Shown here piece by piece: positions 21,086 to 33,620 of a DNA stretch of 64,000 nt. The notes beneath the pieces were generated by a model, which was not told where the DNA came from, searched no databases, and saw only the letters and a list, made by a program, of their open reading frames with translations. Both the position numbers and the translations under genes were made by a program. Source of the DNA: Utricularia gibba (lineage: Eukaryota; Plantae; Magnoliophyta); NCBI GenBank assembly GCA_002189035.1, contig CM007991.1, positions 682,001 to 746,000 on the forward strand, read 5' to 3'. How positions within the stretch are numbered: position 1 is the first letter of the stretch; every line of letters begins with the position of its first letter.

Positions 21086-22154
21086 TTAATGGTCCTCTTC
21101 ACTTACTCCAGGGCAGTTTGACTCCAAACTCTCCAATGTTTCATACTGAACCCCAAGAAGAAAAGGGAATGCTTGCGATCAGTAGCCAGTTTGAAGTGTT
21201 CAACTCAATCAAAACAAATGTATGAAAGCAATGTTCTTTACCTGGCAACCGCAGAAGAGGCAGTAATGGAATTCATTCCTCAGCTTCAACAGTATGTTCA
21301 GCAAATCCTGAAAAGAGCAAGAATTGATGTTATAAGCTTTGAGGAGATCAGGAGAATGGGGAAGGCTGGAGTTGCATTTGAAAGATGATTTTATGGTTTA
21401 CACCTCTTCTGTTATTTCCTCTTCTTCCTCTTCTTCTTCCTTCTCCTCATCTTCCTCTGCCTCTACAACGTCCCTGTTTTCCAACTGGGCCAATGCAGCC
21501 TCCGCTTTCCGGTAATTCATAATCACCCTCTTTCCTCTCCATCTCTCCTTTTGACGGCTGCCAAAATCTAGCATCAACTCCTCCACTTTCCTCTTCTTCC
21601 TCTCTTCATTTTCCTTCTCCCTCCTCATCTTCTCCATCTTAGGATCCTTTGTACCAATGCCTGCCCGTCCTCTTCTTATCTCCACCGCCACCGGCTCGGA
21701 CATCCCCGAGCCATGCTTACCCAATGCAGATCCAGGAGCATAACCCATTTGTTTCAGAAGTTTGAACCCGATATTGGACTGCGGTATTGCTGCACCTAAA
21801 TTTTCTACGGTTTTCTTATCCTCCTCTATTAACGCCCTCTCCCGTTTGAGCTTTCTCTCTTCTTGCCAATTCTGGGCTCTGGGTTTCTGCCCGGGATTAA
21901 TGGATCCAACGAGGTTGCCACCAGAACTCTGGGATGAAAAATCGTCCAAGACTTCAACTTTAAAAAAAATATCAGCATGAAATCAAAATTCGTTCAACCC
22001 CAGACCCTTCAACTTCGGCATCTACTTTCAAGAAAGCATAATGAACAAAATGAAATAGCAAAAAAACCTTCTTCGCGGAAGGCCGAGAATCTTCCACCGG
22101 TAAGAACTGGGAGAGGTCTCCCATGTAATCTTCCTCCTCTTCATCAGCCGCCAT
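21086..22154 (-). CDS. G-patch domain protein, GPATCH11-like (C-terminal DUF4187-type zinc motif); exons 22068-22154, 21404-21928, 21242-21307, 21086-21145
   Basis: EEDYMGDLSQF N-terminus, G-patch SNIGFKLLKQMGYAPGSALGK...RAGIG, LRNEFHYCLFCGCQ and YETLESLESNCPGVSEEDH-TAA. Confidence 0.9.
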
Positions 22155-22269
22155 CAAGATTGCTCAATTCCTTTTTGCAAGAAACAATCCTGATTCCAGA
22201 TTGAATGAAAATTGGGAGTAAACATTTGAAAATTGATTTCTCGACAAGACGACTCGGGGAGAGAGAGGT

Positions 22270-22350
22270 TCCCCACAGGCGAGGCGGCCGGTCAATTGGG
22301 CCTGGGAGACATATTGGCCTCATTAGTTGATGACCAGCCCAATGCGTTGA
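22270..22350. promoter_or_regulatory. Bidirectional promoter core between the G-patch and OTU genes, with site II motifs
   Basis: TGGGCC at 22297-22302 and AGCCCA at 22336-22341, between head-to-head genes. The OTU 5'UTR intron donor is at 22449. Confidence 0.5.
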
Positions 22351-23084
22351 TCCATTCAGTAAATCTGTCCTCTCTCTTCTTTGCCACTGTCTGCGGCCGC
22401 ATATCGCTAACGCTAGCGCTTCAGTTGTGCTGCTGCTGTTTCAATCAGGTATCTTTGCATTTGTTTGGTTTGTGGTTGTTCCAATTTTTCGCGTTTTCTG
22501 ATTGTGAGAATGGATTGTATGAAGAAATTTATTTTAGGTTTTTGACGACTTGTGAAATGTGTGGTGGGGAAGTGTATTTCTTTGTTTACCCGTCGGGTGT
22601 TCATTGGGAAGTCTCCTGCACAGCTACATCAATCAATTTTCTCTTTTCCTTTTTTTTTTCAGAATCGTAATCTTCAGTTTTCCGACATATTTCTATGTAT
22701 TTTGGAAAGCTTGATATGAAGATTGTGGATTCTAAGAAATTGAACGAGTTTTGACCTTTGATGGATGTAGTTCTGAAGATTGGAATATGTTATGCGATGC
22801 TTATTTTTTCATCACAGTGATAGCTTTAGGTTATGTTGTCTGTGACTGGATCGCACCAGATGTTGTAACTATTTCCCAGATCCTATGAAAAATTAGCGGA
22901 TTTTCTGTTATATCCATTTTTTTTTTGTGAATGTATTGTATTTAATATCAGTTGTAATGCTTCTCGCGAGTTTGAAAACTTTAATATTGCACTTATCCCC
23001 TCTTCTTCTTGTGGACAAAGGCACCTGTTTGTTAGTTCTTTCTTCGAAATTGGATATTGAGAACCTGCACATCAGGATTACTTG

Positions 23085-24218
23085 ATGGCTGATAATCCGA
23101 GCTTAGATGATGAAAAACTCCCTGAGACAACTTCAGGGAGTGATTCGTCTGGCAATCAAGAAACACTTGAAGAGATGCTTTCTAGACACAGGTGCTAAAT
23201 TCCTCCTGTTTTCTTGTGCTATTTTTCTTGGTTCTGTGTGTAATGTGTGTCAGCCAATGCAGTACGTGTATGTACTCTTGTGCTTGTGTGCATACCTTGG
23301 AAGTCGAGTTCAGATTTTCTTCCATGTGTCATCATTCATCTGAACTTCAGGAAAGAAACTCTTGATCTTCAGAACAAAGAAATTGCATTGAAGAAAGCTG
23401 CAGCGAAAGGTAGCAAAGCTGAACAGAAGGCTAAGAAAAAGCAAGTTGATGAAGAGATTCAACAATCTTCAGCTAAGCTTAAAGAAAGGCAAGCCAAGGA
23501 GCTTGGCTCGCTCGGCTATAACAGCACAACCAACAAACAACCTGGGAACCTTGATAATCTTGTGAAAGCCATTGCCGGGGTTTCTGTATCAAACCAAGCA
23601 GATCATTCAAGGCTGAGTAAGGGTGTCAAACGCCGTGAGAAACGAGCTCAACAAGAAGCAGCCAGAGAGCAAAGAATCCAAGAGGAGCAGAGCCAGATCG
23701 TAAGTGATAGATCTGTGGAGAACAAAAACTTGGAGAATAAACTCAAGCCCCTTGGACTTACCATCAACGAGATCAAACCTGATGGGCACTGCCTCTACAG
23801 GGCTGTTGAGAACCAGCTTGCCCTCCAGTCTGGAGGGTCATCACCTTACACTTTTCAAGAACTTCGGGAAATAGCGGCTGCTTATATGCGGGAGCATGCA
23901 TCGGATTTTCTGCCATTTTTCCTCTCAGAGAATGCACAAGATGGTGAATGTGCAGATTCACTAATGGAAAGATTTGAAAGCTACTGCAGAGAGGTAGAGT
24001 CCACAGCTGCCTGGGGTGGGCAGTTAGAGCTTGAGGCCCTCACACACTGTCTTAAGAAACACATTCTGATTTTCTCTGGATCATTTCCTGATGTAGAGAT
24101 GGGCAAGGAATACAAGACCAGAAACGAGACTGGACCACCTGCCCCTAGTATCATGCTATCATACCACCGGCATGCCTTCGGCCTTGGTGAGCACTACAAC
24201 TCTGTAGTTCCTTGCTAA
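23085..24218 (+). CDS. OTU5: OTU-domain deubiquitinase (OTUD6B / Arabidopsis OTU5-like); exons 23085-23191, 23351-24218
   Basis: [14 protein letters not shown]-terminus, [16 protein letters not shown] catalytic Cys loop, WGGQLEL and [15 protein letters not shown] His loop. Confidence 0.92.
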
Positions 24219-25374
24219 AAGCAAAAAACTTTGATGCAGTTTGAGGCCAATAGGAGTGACCCATGGTTGATTTGGATTACTGTTGCCCCTCTGGCCTCTA
24301 CTTAATATGTGTACGTTAATGCTACTCCATTTGTCATTATTTTTTACACTATGCCATGGTAAAACTTCTACCGTATGCATTGCTGTGCATCACAGAAGGT
24401 AAGGTTCTGTTAAGTTATTAGATTAATGTATCCAAGAGGATGTGAATTTCAATCTCTTGAGATCTTATTAGCATCTACAAACCATAAACTAGGTCACTTC
24501 AACAGAATTGATTTGAAGTGCTTGAGCAGCATTTCCGTTAACTCAAAAATGGCAGAAGATTCAGGTATCCAATATCATTTTTTAGGCATTCAGTTCAGAA
24601 AGAATCAAACATAAAGAACCACACATGGGACTAGTCCCTTCACTCTGTGGGCCTTTTGTGGCCTCCCATTAGTCAAGCCCAATACACGATCTCATCGTTT
24701 TCTTCTTCTTTTTTTATTTTTCGTTTCCGATTGTCTTGTTGAATCTGCTCAATTTCGCCTGCAGTCTTAAGAGATCACCAGCGTAGGGCTTCAGGTGCCC
24801 TCTTCTTGTTCCAAGCAGGTATTTTTGAATCTCAACTGTTTTGATGTTGTGTGTGTACACTGAAAGTCGTGCATTTTCTTGAATGGGAAAAGTGTCGGTT
24901 TAAATTTTGAGTCTAGGTTTTGAAAATCTGGGAAGCTCCGTTTTCGATACGTGAATTTCCTTCTGTTGGGCATTCGATGCTTGTAGTTGGTATAATCGAT
25001 TCTGGAACCGTTCACCATACTGTAAAGTTGGGTTGAGCGCGTGTTGCTTCTGAATGGTTTTCTTGGTGCTATTTCCTTGAAAAGATGCACCACTTGATAT
25101 TCATTCATGGTGAAATTTCACGTTATATTGACAACCAGTACTTTTGCCCAAACTGCATCTTACTGTGTTTTGGGATGTGCTTTGCTAGCACAATCAGGCA
25201 ATATTGAAGATATGAAACCCGACGGGGTTGTACCTCTTATCTATCATGAATTTCACGCTGCAAAATTCTATTCTTTCTTTTTGTTCATGTGTTTTGCATA
25301 TCTCATGACTTGCCCTAGGAATCAATTCTTCGCTTTTCTTCTGCTCATGTTCCTTTGTTTAAGCCAATGTAGAT

Positions 25375-26013
25375 ATGGAAATTGAGGATCTAAAAAAATT
25401 AGAAGATGAAGATAGCCCTTTAGCTAAAACTTTGAAGGGGGCAGCCACAGGACTAGCCGCTGGCACCTTTTGGGGTGTAATTGTTGCCACTTGGCAAGAT
25501 GTGCCTCGTGTTGAGAGGAGAGTAGCACTTCCTGGTTTGATTCGGACATTGAAAATGATGGGCAGCCATGGTGCCACCTTTGCTGCAATCGGTGGAGTCT
25601 TCATTGGGGTAGAGCAGATAATGCAGCATTACAGGATGAAAAGAGACGTTGTTAATGGGGCTGTCGGTGGGTTTGTTGCTGGTGCCACAGTTTTCGGTCT
25701 CAAAGGTGAACCAAACCGCTCTCTTATTTCACTTTCCACATCTGATATTACACCTTACAGAGTCACCATGGTAGTGCATGTACACTGCTTTCAAGCTTCG
25801 AAACTATCTTCATTTTCAAAGCTGATAGATATGGTTCAAAGCTTACAGACCATTGCCTTGGCAGGGAGGAGCGTCTCCACAGCCGTTGCTGCAGGATCTG
25901 CATTTGCATTCACTTCAGCATTCCTCGATGCAGGAGATCAAACCATCAAGCACGACACCGGCAAGGATTATTATCCTTACACCCTCAAGAAGAGGCCTCA
26001 GAATGCAGATTAA
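25375..26013 (+). CDS. OEP16-3: Tim17/Tim22/Tim23-family protein, OEP16-3 / complex I B14.7-like; intron 25706-25864
   Basis: WQDVPRVERRVALPGLIRTLKMMG, YRMKRDVVNGAVGGFVAGA and DTGKDYYPYT. The 159-bp GT-AG intron is in frame and stop-free, so the ORF track reads through it. Confidence 0.88.
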   Translation: MEIEDLKKLEDEDSPLAKTLKGAATGLAAGTFWGVIVATWQDVPRVERRVALPGLIRTLKMMGSHGATFAAIGGVFIGVEQIMQHYRMKRDVVNGAVGGFVAGATVFGLKGEPNRSLISLSTSDITPYRVTMVVHVHCFQASKLSSFSKLIDMVQSLQTIALAGRSVSTAVAAGSAFAFTSAFLDAGDQTIKHDTGKDYYPYTLKKRPQNAD

Positions 26014-27231
26014 TAGTACATTCTCCTCTCTGTTGTTACTAAACATGTTTGTTGCACATGTGATGTGTTCATGTGCCGACCCTCTTCTCTTCATCAGATT
26101 CTGGTTTCTTGCTCAATAAACCATGGCAAGGCTTGTTGCCCATGTCCGGATACTCCCCCTGCTTCTTTCCAAGAGACACTTTCCCCCTTTTGCCTGTTTT
26201 CCCAGTTTCTGCCGTATAATCACATTATCACCACGCAGATGTAGCAAAGAGTACAAGTACTTGACATTGCTAGGTATCTGGCGATGGAGACGGCTCTCGA
26301 GGCTATAGGGGAAATGCAACTCATCCTCATACGCCAGCTTTTAGTGGGCCGTGGCTGTTATTGGGCCTGGCTCATAAATACGCCCAATACATGACATTCG
26401 ATTTGTTAATGATCAGAATAAGCATTGTGAATGTATTTGATAAGGTAATTTAATTAATGATATATTTTAATTATTTAAAATTTAGTTCGTAGATAGTTTT
26501 TACAATTATATATTTAAAATATTATTATATTTAAAAATAGTATTTTTATAGTGTCTGAATTATGACACGATAATGCTTGTTGGATTATTTCTTTTCTTTT
26601 GTTTGTGTACGGCGGAAAATGGGGGAAGCCGACAGGGACTTAAAATGGAGGCAAGTCCTGGAAAAGGGGTAAAATGCACGCAGAGGGCCTGGTTATTAGT
26701 TGTCAGACGCGAAACCCTAGTTCTTGACACTCCCCAACCCACATTTACTGCGCTTTCTACAAGTGACACAACATTCAAAAGGGCCTCCGTCGAAGTGTCT
26801 TTTCAATCTACAGAAATACATCAACCATTATACCTACTTTCCCCCTCATGTTCATCTCTCATTTACTCCTTCCCCAACATCCCATCCCATCTCTCTGTTT
26901 TTTTTTTGTTTTCCAATATAAAACTTCTAGTAGTTGTATTTTGGGGGGTGAATTCTGGACTTTACCGCAGTTATTTCGTTCCCAGAGATAATTTGCTAGG
27001 TGGTCAGTGTGTAAGAATAAAGATGGACTGGACTGATTGTAAAAGATGTGTATTTGGGTGATGTATGATCATCCTCGGTCATTCCAGAGGTTCATCCTGA
27101 AAGTTTAACAGAAATGAGAATGAAGACATTGCACAGAATCTGATGATGTAGAAATTGCATTCTGATTCGGTAGAGTTGCCATTCTGTATGATTTAGAATG
27201 AAGTATTTGGCATGATTGTAGAACATGCTGA

Positions 27232-27245
27232 GGGGGGGGGGGGGG
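27232..27245. repeat. poly-G tract
   Basis: Read directly from the sequence. Confidence 0.9.
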
Positions 27246-27336
27246 TTTGGTATTGTTTGTGACGAGTAGATCTCATTCTCCAATCCAAATTCACTGGGAT
27301 GTTTTCCTCCTAGCAAAGAGAGTAAAGCACTGTACA

Positions 27337-29070
27337 TCAGTCAGGTCCAATGGCTGCATGCCCGCTTCCAAAGGTTTTAATGTGATCCTTGAGAGATCTT
27401 TTGTGCTTGAAATCAGAGCCACAAGCACAGTACCACAGCTTCCCGCAGTTCTTCTCATGTGTCCTCCAGTCACCTCTCACTGCCAAGGCTTTCCCACACT
27501 TCCTGCACATGAATGGCTTCATCCCATGCTTCCTCTTGTAATGCGTTTGGAGAGTTCTGAAGTCCTTCAGCGGCTTTGCTCTTGGAGTGTCGATGTTGTT
27601 CCTGCAGCCAGGCGCACAACAGTAACAAGGGAGCCTCAGCATTCCTGTGGGCTGTGTTCCTCTTAGGGATTCAGGACCCTTCCTGTACTGCGATCCATGC
27701 CCCCACATGTGCATCTGCTAAGGCAAACGATGATCAAAACAATGTGAAGAGAAAAGACAGACTTCTGAATGTTGTGCTATTAAAAGAGAGTATTGACAAC
27801 GTGAAGTATGCATGAAGAATCCTGGAATGGGCTTTTCTTGTTCCTTCTTTCAGTACATGACAGACCCTTCACAGAAAACCATCTGGTTTTACCTCGAAAA
27901 CCCTGGTCACAGTAGAAGGGATTTCTGAAATATGCCATGATTCATTTACCATGAAGATCAGATCCCTCTCTTTGTGAAAAAAAAAAAAAAAAAAAAAAAA
28001 ACACATTACAGATAGCCTTATGTGAGTTTATACTACTGATCTTTTGACTGGAAACGAGAGATGATTAAGAGATGTCAAGTAGGACAAGCTGCAAGAACCA
28101 GTGGTGAAAATGGATTTCCTTTTTTTCTGCGAATCCCAAAATTTCACTTGTACACGGTAGCCAAATTTCAATGCACAGACTCCAAGAAGGCAGAAGGAAC
28201 ATTGACTACTGACTTTTCAAATCTCATAAATGAAGAACCAGCCAACACCCAAACCCGCTGGAGAAAAAAAGAAGGAAAAACTTCGCTCCATGCAAAAACT
28301 ACAGGTTCAACCTTTAAATCACATCCCACCGAAAATAAATGATTGTAATAGTAAAATAATGATAATCACAGCAATAATGTCTTCTCAGAGGTATCCTGGA
28401 ACCTAGAGACGCACCAAAGGTTCCAAGTTGTGGGCATGAACCCGACGATCTACCTTTATAGGAACGGAAACAAAAGGTGTGAAAAAAGCTCAGTTCTTTC
28501 ATCTAGCCTACCAATGAAGTTAAAAATTAAAAGCACACATACAACACAGTGCAAATGTAGGTAAATGCGTCAAAGAGAAAGAGGATAATTTATCAGTAAT
28601 TTCACCTGCATGTTGTTGTATCTGTTGAAAGTTTTGTAGCAGACCGGGCAAGAAAACTGAGTCGGGCCAATGAGAATCTGAGAAGGGGTAGGAATCCAAT
28701 ACTGTCCCTTGTTGATTCTGCTGATCAACAGCCCCGAGAGATCAGGATCCGTTTCCTCATCCTCTTCTTCCTCCTCATCTTCCTCCTCTTTATCCCCTGA
28801 CTCACAGCTCATGAGTGAAGCAGCAAGATCAGGGTTGGGAAGACCAATGTGAAGAGCAACCGTCACTCCATTATCACCATCCTTAACAAGATCAGTCTTT
28901 TTGGCATCAAAAAGAGTGTTTTTCTCATCCGAAGTGGTGGGGGTGAGCCTCAGCAGAGGGAGAGCCTCAAGAAGGGGAGGCGAAGTGAAAGTATTGGAAG
29001 AAGAAGGCTGGCAGATGGAGCTCTGGAAGAAATGGGGTTTGTGCAGAAGGGAAGAGTACAGCTCAGACAT
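27337..29070 (-). CDS. WIP-family C2H2 zinc-finger transcription factor (WIP2/4/5-like); exons 28606-29070, 27337-27714
   Basis: [44 protein letters not shown]|[19 protein letters not shown] and [11 protein letters not shown]. The intron sits at the family-typical NNMQ|MHMW position. Confidence 0.95.
27977..28001. repeat. poly-A tract inside the WIP intron
   Basis: Read directly from the sequence. Confidence 0.9.
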
Positions 29071-29602
29071 TTCCTTGTGGCTGTGATTGGAGAGAACGAG
29101 TGAAAAGAGTAGACAATGGTGTCTAAAACAGCAACTGATGAAGAGATGGAGATCAAATGAGCTGCTGCTTCAGCTGTTCTTGTTGACATAAAAAGCATAT
29201 GAAGGCAACCCGTGTAAAGAAAATGGGATGCCTGTCTGCGGCATTCAGTTTTTTAGTATTATTATTTCATGCATCCTGTTGGGAATTCAATTACATGGAG
29301 TGCGGCCCTGCTCTCCTGCTTGCATCACTCAAAAGATGGAACTCCCAGTTCCCCTACGCAACTTGGAATACTTTTAACGCTCAATAGCATATCACATTTG
29401 GTACGGCGGAGATGCCAACTCCTCTAAGGCATGATATGATGTGAATCTAATCAATTGCTTTAGTGCAAACCTCGGCCCTCGGGGAAGATTTTTCTAGAAG
29501 TGATTTTAATAAAATATAATTTTTAAAAAATAAAAATGTTTTTAAATATTTTATTTTTTTGAAGCAACTTGTGTTTTGTCCCATGATGATTCATACTTTT
29601 GT

Positions 29603-29607
29603 AGTAA

Positions 29608-29648
<41 letters not shown>
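29603..29648. repeat. (TA)n microsatellite
   Basis: Read directly from the sequence. Confidence 0.95.
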
Positions 29649-29654
<6 letters not shown>

Positions 29655-30617
29655 GATAATTCTAATTATTTATTTTTAATATGAAACAATGCAAACTATT
29701 TTGCTCACTTGAATTTGTGAAGAAAAAAATGTAAATAAATAAATAAATAAAATGGAGGGTAAATCTGGAAAAAGAATAAAATATCGTATGTTATAAACAT
29801 GATGTCTAATAGTATATAATAAAAAATTTATATGTAAGTTTACACATAAATAGTTGTTTACACATATGTTATTATATGTATGCTCCCCTCGTATATTTAT
29901 ATTACTTACATAATCATTTTTTGAACATGCAAATAATATATACAAATGGAAGTATGCTAATTATATTTATACTACTCATATATTCAAATTTATATTATTA
30001 AGTATCAAATATTATATGTAATTGAGTATATACATACCTAATTACACTATATTTAAATATATTAATATTCTAATAATTATGTAAGTATTTTAGAAACCAC
30101 ACGTGTGTTGAAAAACATATTTACTAAATATAGTTTATTTACTATTTGGGTTTTACTAATTCTAGTAGATGTAATTAAATCAACGAATAAAAAAAAGATT
30201 TTTTAATCATTAATTTTTAACGCGCACGTGCTATTTTATTTTGAGTTAAAACACCACATGATCTTTCTCTGTATTTCAAATGCGATTTATCCCAATTTAG
30301 GAACAAGGGCACAGCATCATCCAAAAGAGGTGTACATAGGGTTCGGGTCGGACTTCTTGTGGGCCTTTTTTGAACGGGTCGCCCGATAGAATCGGGCCTA
30401 GGCCCAAAAGGGACTAGACTGATGAACACTAATCACTGGAAAAGGAACAACAGTTTTAACGTGTTAACTTCTCAAAAACCTTGATTCCCCTTTCTTGAAG
30501 AAATGGTCATCTCTTTTCGTCTGTAAGCGGGAAGATTTCGGGGATGTTGAGCGCGCTGGTCGTTTTCTGTATGATGGTGGTTAGTGGCGACTGAAGAGAA
30601 TATATAGTAAGTACATC

Positions 30618-32642
30618 ATGAGCCAGCAGCCATCGGTTGTTTTAGCCACCGCAAGCTATGACCACACGATTCGCTTCTGGGAAGCGAAAAGCGGGCGTTG
30701 CTATCGGACTATTCAGTACCCTGAATCTGTATGTTCCACAATTTGTAAAATTTCTTTCTTTTTCGTGTCGATGTTAGTGTGAAGGTGCTTGTTTCAATTC
30801 AGTGTTTTTGGTTGTGACCTTCTTGTCGTTCTTAGTTATTTTCTGGTTTTGTAGACGATTTTTAAGCGTTTCTTAGGTTTTGTAGCATATAGAGCTCTTC
30901 ATTTTGGTTGAAATGTTACTGAGGTTATTGCTGGATGCATGTATGTGTCTCGATTTCGTAGTTGGTAATGTTACCCCTCATTGTGTTGACACTTACGGAC
31001 TTTGGGTTCTCTTTTTTTTTTTTCCCTGTATCCTGCAGCAAGTTAACCGGCTTGAGATTACACCAGATAAGGGATACTTGGCAGCTGCTGGAAATCCGCA
31101 TATTCGTTTATTTGACGTCAATTCTAATAGTCCTCAACCAGTATGTTCTGTAATAATTTCTGTTCTCTCTTAAATTCTAAATCTTGCGTAGTGTGATTCT
31201 TTGCGTTATATGTCAGGTGATGAGCTATGATTCGCATACAAACAATGTCATGGCAGTGGGGTTTCACTGTGATGGGAAATGGATGTATTCTGGTTCCGAA
31301 GATGGCACTGTAAAGCTTTGGGATCTGCGGTACATTATATTCTACAAATGCTTACCTTCAGAAAGACTAATTCGTAATGGGATTTCTAATGGGATTTTTT
31401 GTCGCACAGAGCACCCCGTTGTCAAAGGGAATATGAAAGTCGGGCAGCGGTTAATACAGTTGTGTTACATCCAAATCAGGTTCTTGATCTAAAGTACCTG
31501 ATTCATGCAAATCTGTGCTATTTGCCACTACTGACTGCCTGCACACTTCCCTACGTCAATTTGAGGATTGCTGTTATGTTCCTATATCTGTTCTCTTCAA
31601 ATAATTAGATAAGTGCTCTGAAACTCTTCACTTTTGATTCAGACTGAATTGATATCTGGTGACCATAACGGTAATATACGTGTATGGGACTTGACACAGA
31701 ACTCATGCAGCTGTGAACTAGTAAGTGTTGCATTTTCTTTTGATTTCGAAAACTTTAACGCCACGCTTTCAAGTGGGATTAGTCTTATGGGGAAATCAAT
31801 CTTTTTATTCAAATGTTACTTCAGGTTCCAGAGGTGGATGCAGCAGTGCGTTCATTAACTGTGATGTGGGATGGCAGCTTGGTAGTAGCCGCTAACAATC
31901 ATGGGACCTGCTACGTGTGGCGTGTTTTAAGTGGGAATCAAGTGAGATGGACACAAGACTGATTTGAGTTTTGCTTCTCATTTTATAAATCACCCTCAAT
32001 GGATGCTAATTCTTTTTGTAGACCATGACAAACTTCGAGCCACTCCACAGGCTACAGGCCCATGATGGATATATCCTAAAGTGCCTTCTTTCCCCTGAGC
32101 TTTGTGAACCGAATCGGTAATGCTTTGCAGTAACGCTTCAAGCTCGCCCTTTTCCCTCTTGATACTCATTGCCCTATTTAAATGTTCACTTTCAGATATC
32201 TTGCAACAGCATCCTCCGATCACACAGTAAAAATATGGAATCTGGATGGTTTTTCCTTGGAAAAGACACTAGTAGGTAGGTGCAAGCGCCAGTCAAGTGC
32301 TCTGTTGTTCTTGATATTCCCTGCCTTATGCTGCATTACATGAATGACCTTGTTGATAAATCCTAGGTCATCAGCGTTGGGTTTGGGACTGTGTGTTCTC
32401 CGTCGATGGTGCTTTTCTAATCACAGGTTTGATAATTGGATTTAAAAAGATCGCTTTTTTCTTCTTTTGTGCTCATATTGACTTGTGATAACGATATGAA
32501 CATCTTCTTTGCAGCTTCTTCCGATACGACAGCGAAATTGTGGTCAATGTCTAATGGTGAAGAGATAAAAACATACAGAGGGCATCAGAAGGCAACTGTG
32601 TGCTGTGCTCTCCATGATGGAACTGATCCTTCTTCATGTTGA
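30618..32642 (+). CDS. LST8: TOR complex subunit LST8 (WD40), multi-exon
   Basis: [77 protein letters not shown] and [13 protein letters not shown]. Confidence 0.96.
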
Positions 32643-32840
32643 AGCTGATTCTTCAATCCTTCTATTTCTGTACAGTTTCAGAATTTAGGGGTTTCGTTTT
32701 TTTTCCCCAAACATTATTCTTTCTTTGTTGCTGCATTCGTGACCCCTCATTGTGCAGATGTAGAAGTACTTTTGGCTCGTTTTGACGTTTTTTTATAAAC
32801 CTGAAGTAGTATTGGAGTATAAGTTCAGATGATTGCTTCC

Positions 32841-32977
32841 GATTCTACTGAAATGGTGGATTTGATTTCTGTCGTCGTTGAAAAGGGAGATTTTTAGGGG
32901 TGCGCATGATAGGTTCTGATTCTACGAAATTGAGGGAATTGGTTTCTGGCGTCGTTGAAAATGGAAATTTTTAGGGG
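32841..32977. repeat. Direct repeat, 2 x 60 bp (32841-32900, 32918-32977), upstream of the MATE gene
   Basis: gattctactgaaatggtggatttgatttctgtcgtcgttgaaaagggagatttttagggg vs gattctacgaaattgagggaattggtttctggcgtcgttgaaaatggaaatttttagggg. Confidence 0.85.
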
Positions 32978-33620
32978 TTCAGATTTTAGACTCCACTCTC
33001 CGGTAGGCCGGCGCAATCCCCGATTTCCAGATTTCATTGTTCTTTAACTCCCATACCTGATATTTTTAATTGCGAACCGGACTAAGTTTCGCATGAAACA
33101 GGTGGCGATGGCTCACATGAACCTAGTCAAAAGACTCAACAATCGCGAACTTCCTGTGAGCCATGTCAATCTGAAACAGACGGCGATGGCGATGGCGAAC
33201 TGCCTTGCGGTTGTGGGGACCTTGGAATTTGTCACCGGTAATACAAGACTCTCTTTTCTGACCTGGTCAATTCGCTTCATTAAACTATTGCAGTAGTGTT
33301 GGGCGGATTACATCATGATCTCCCACTTTTTATCTTGTGAATGTTATCTGGTATTTTGTCACCTGGGTGCCGGGTGGTAGTGGTGTAGGCATATATGAGC
33401 CGTTGGATAGTAATAAAGAGCAAAAGGAAAGAAGAAAAAAGGTGGGCACGTCTTTCACCTGTCTAGTTCAGTTGATTGATGAATTCTGGTCTCTGGAGGT
33501 CCTGTTGTTTGCAAAGTTTTCAAGTTCCATTTTGTCTCTATGTTTCTCGAGAAATACACCTGGTTCTTCATCTGGTCATCTTTTATCAGGAATAGCAAAT
33601 AGTTTTCATGATCATGTTCT

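Noticed and set aside
26113-26319. Short ORFs on both strands after the OEP16-3 gene
   Set aside because: No ATG-initiated frame of convincing length or homology; probably 3'UTR or intergenic.
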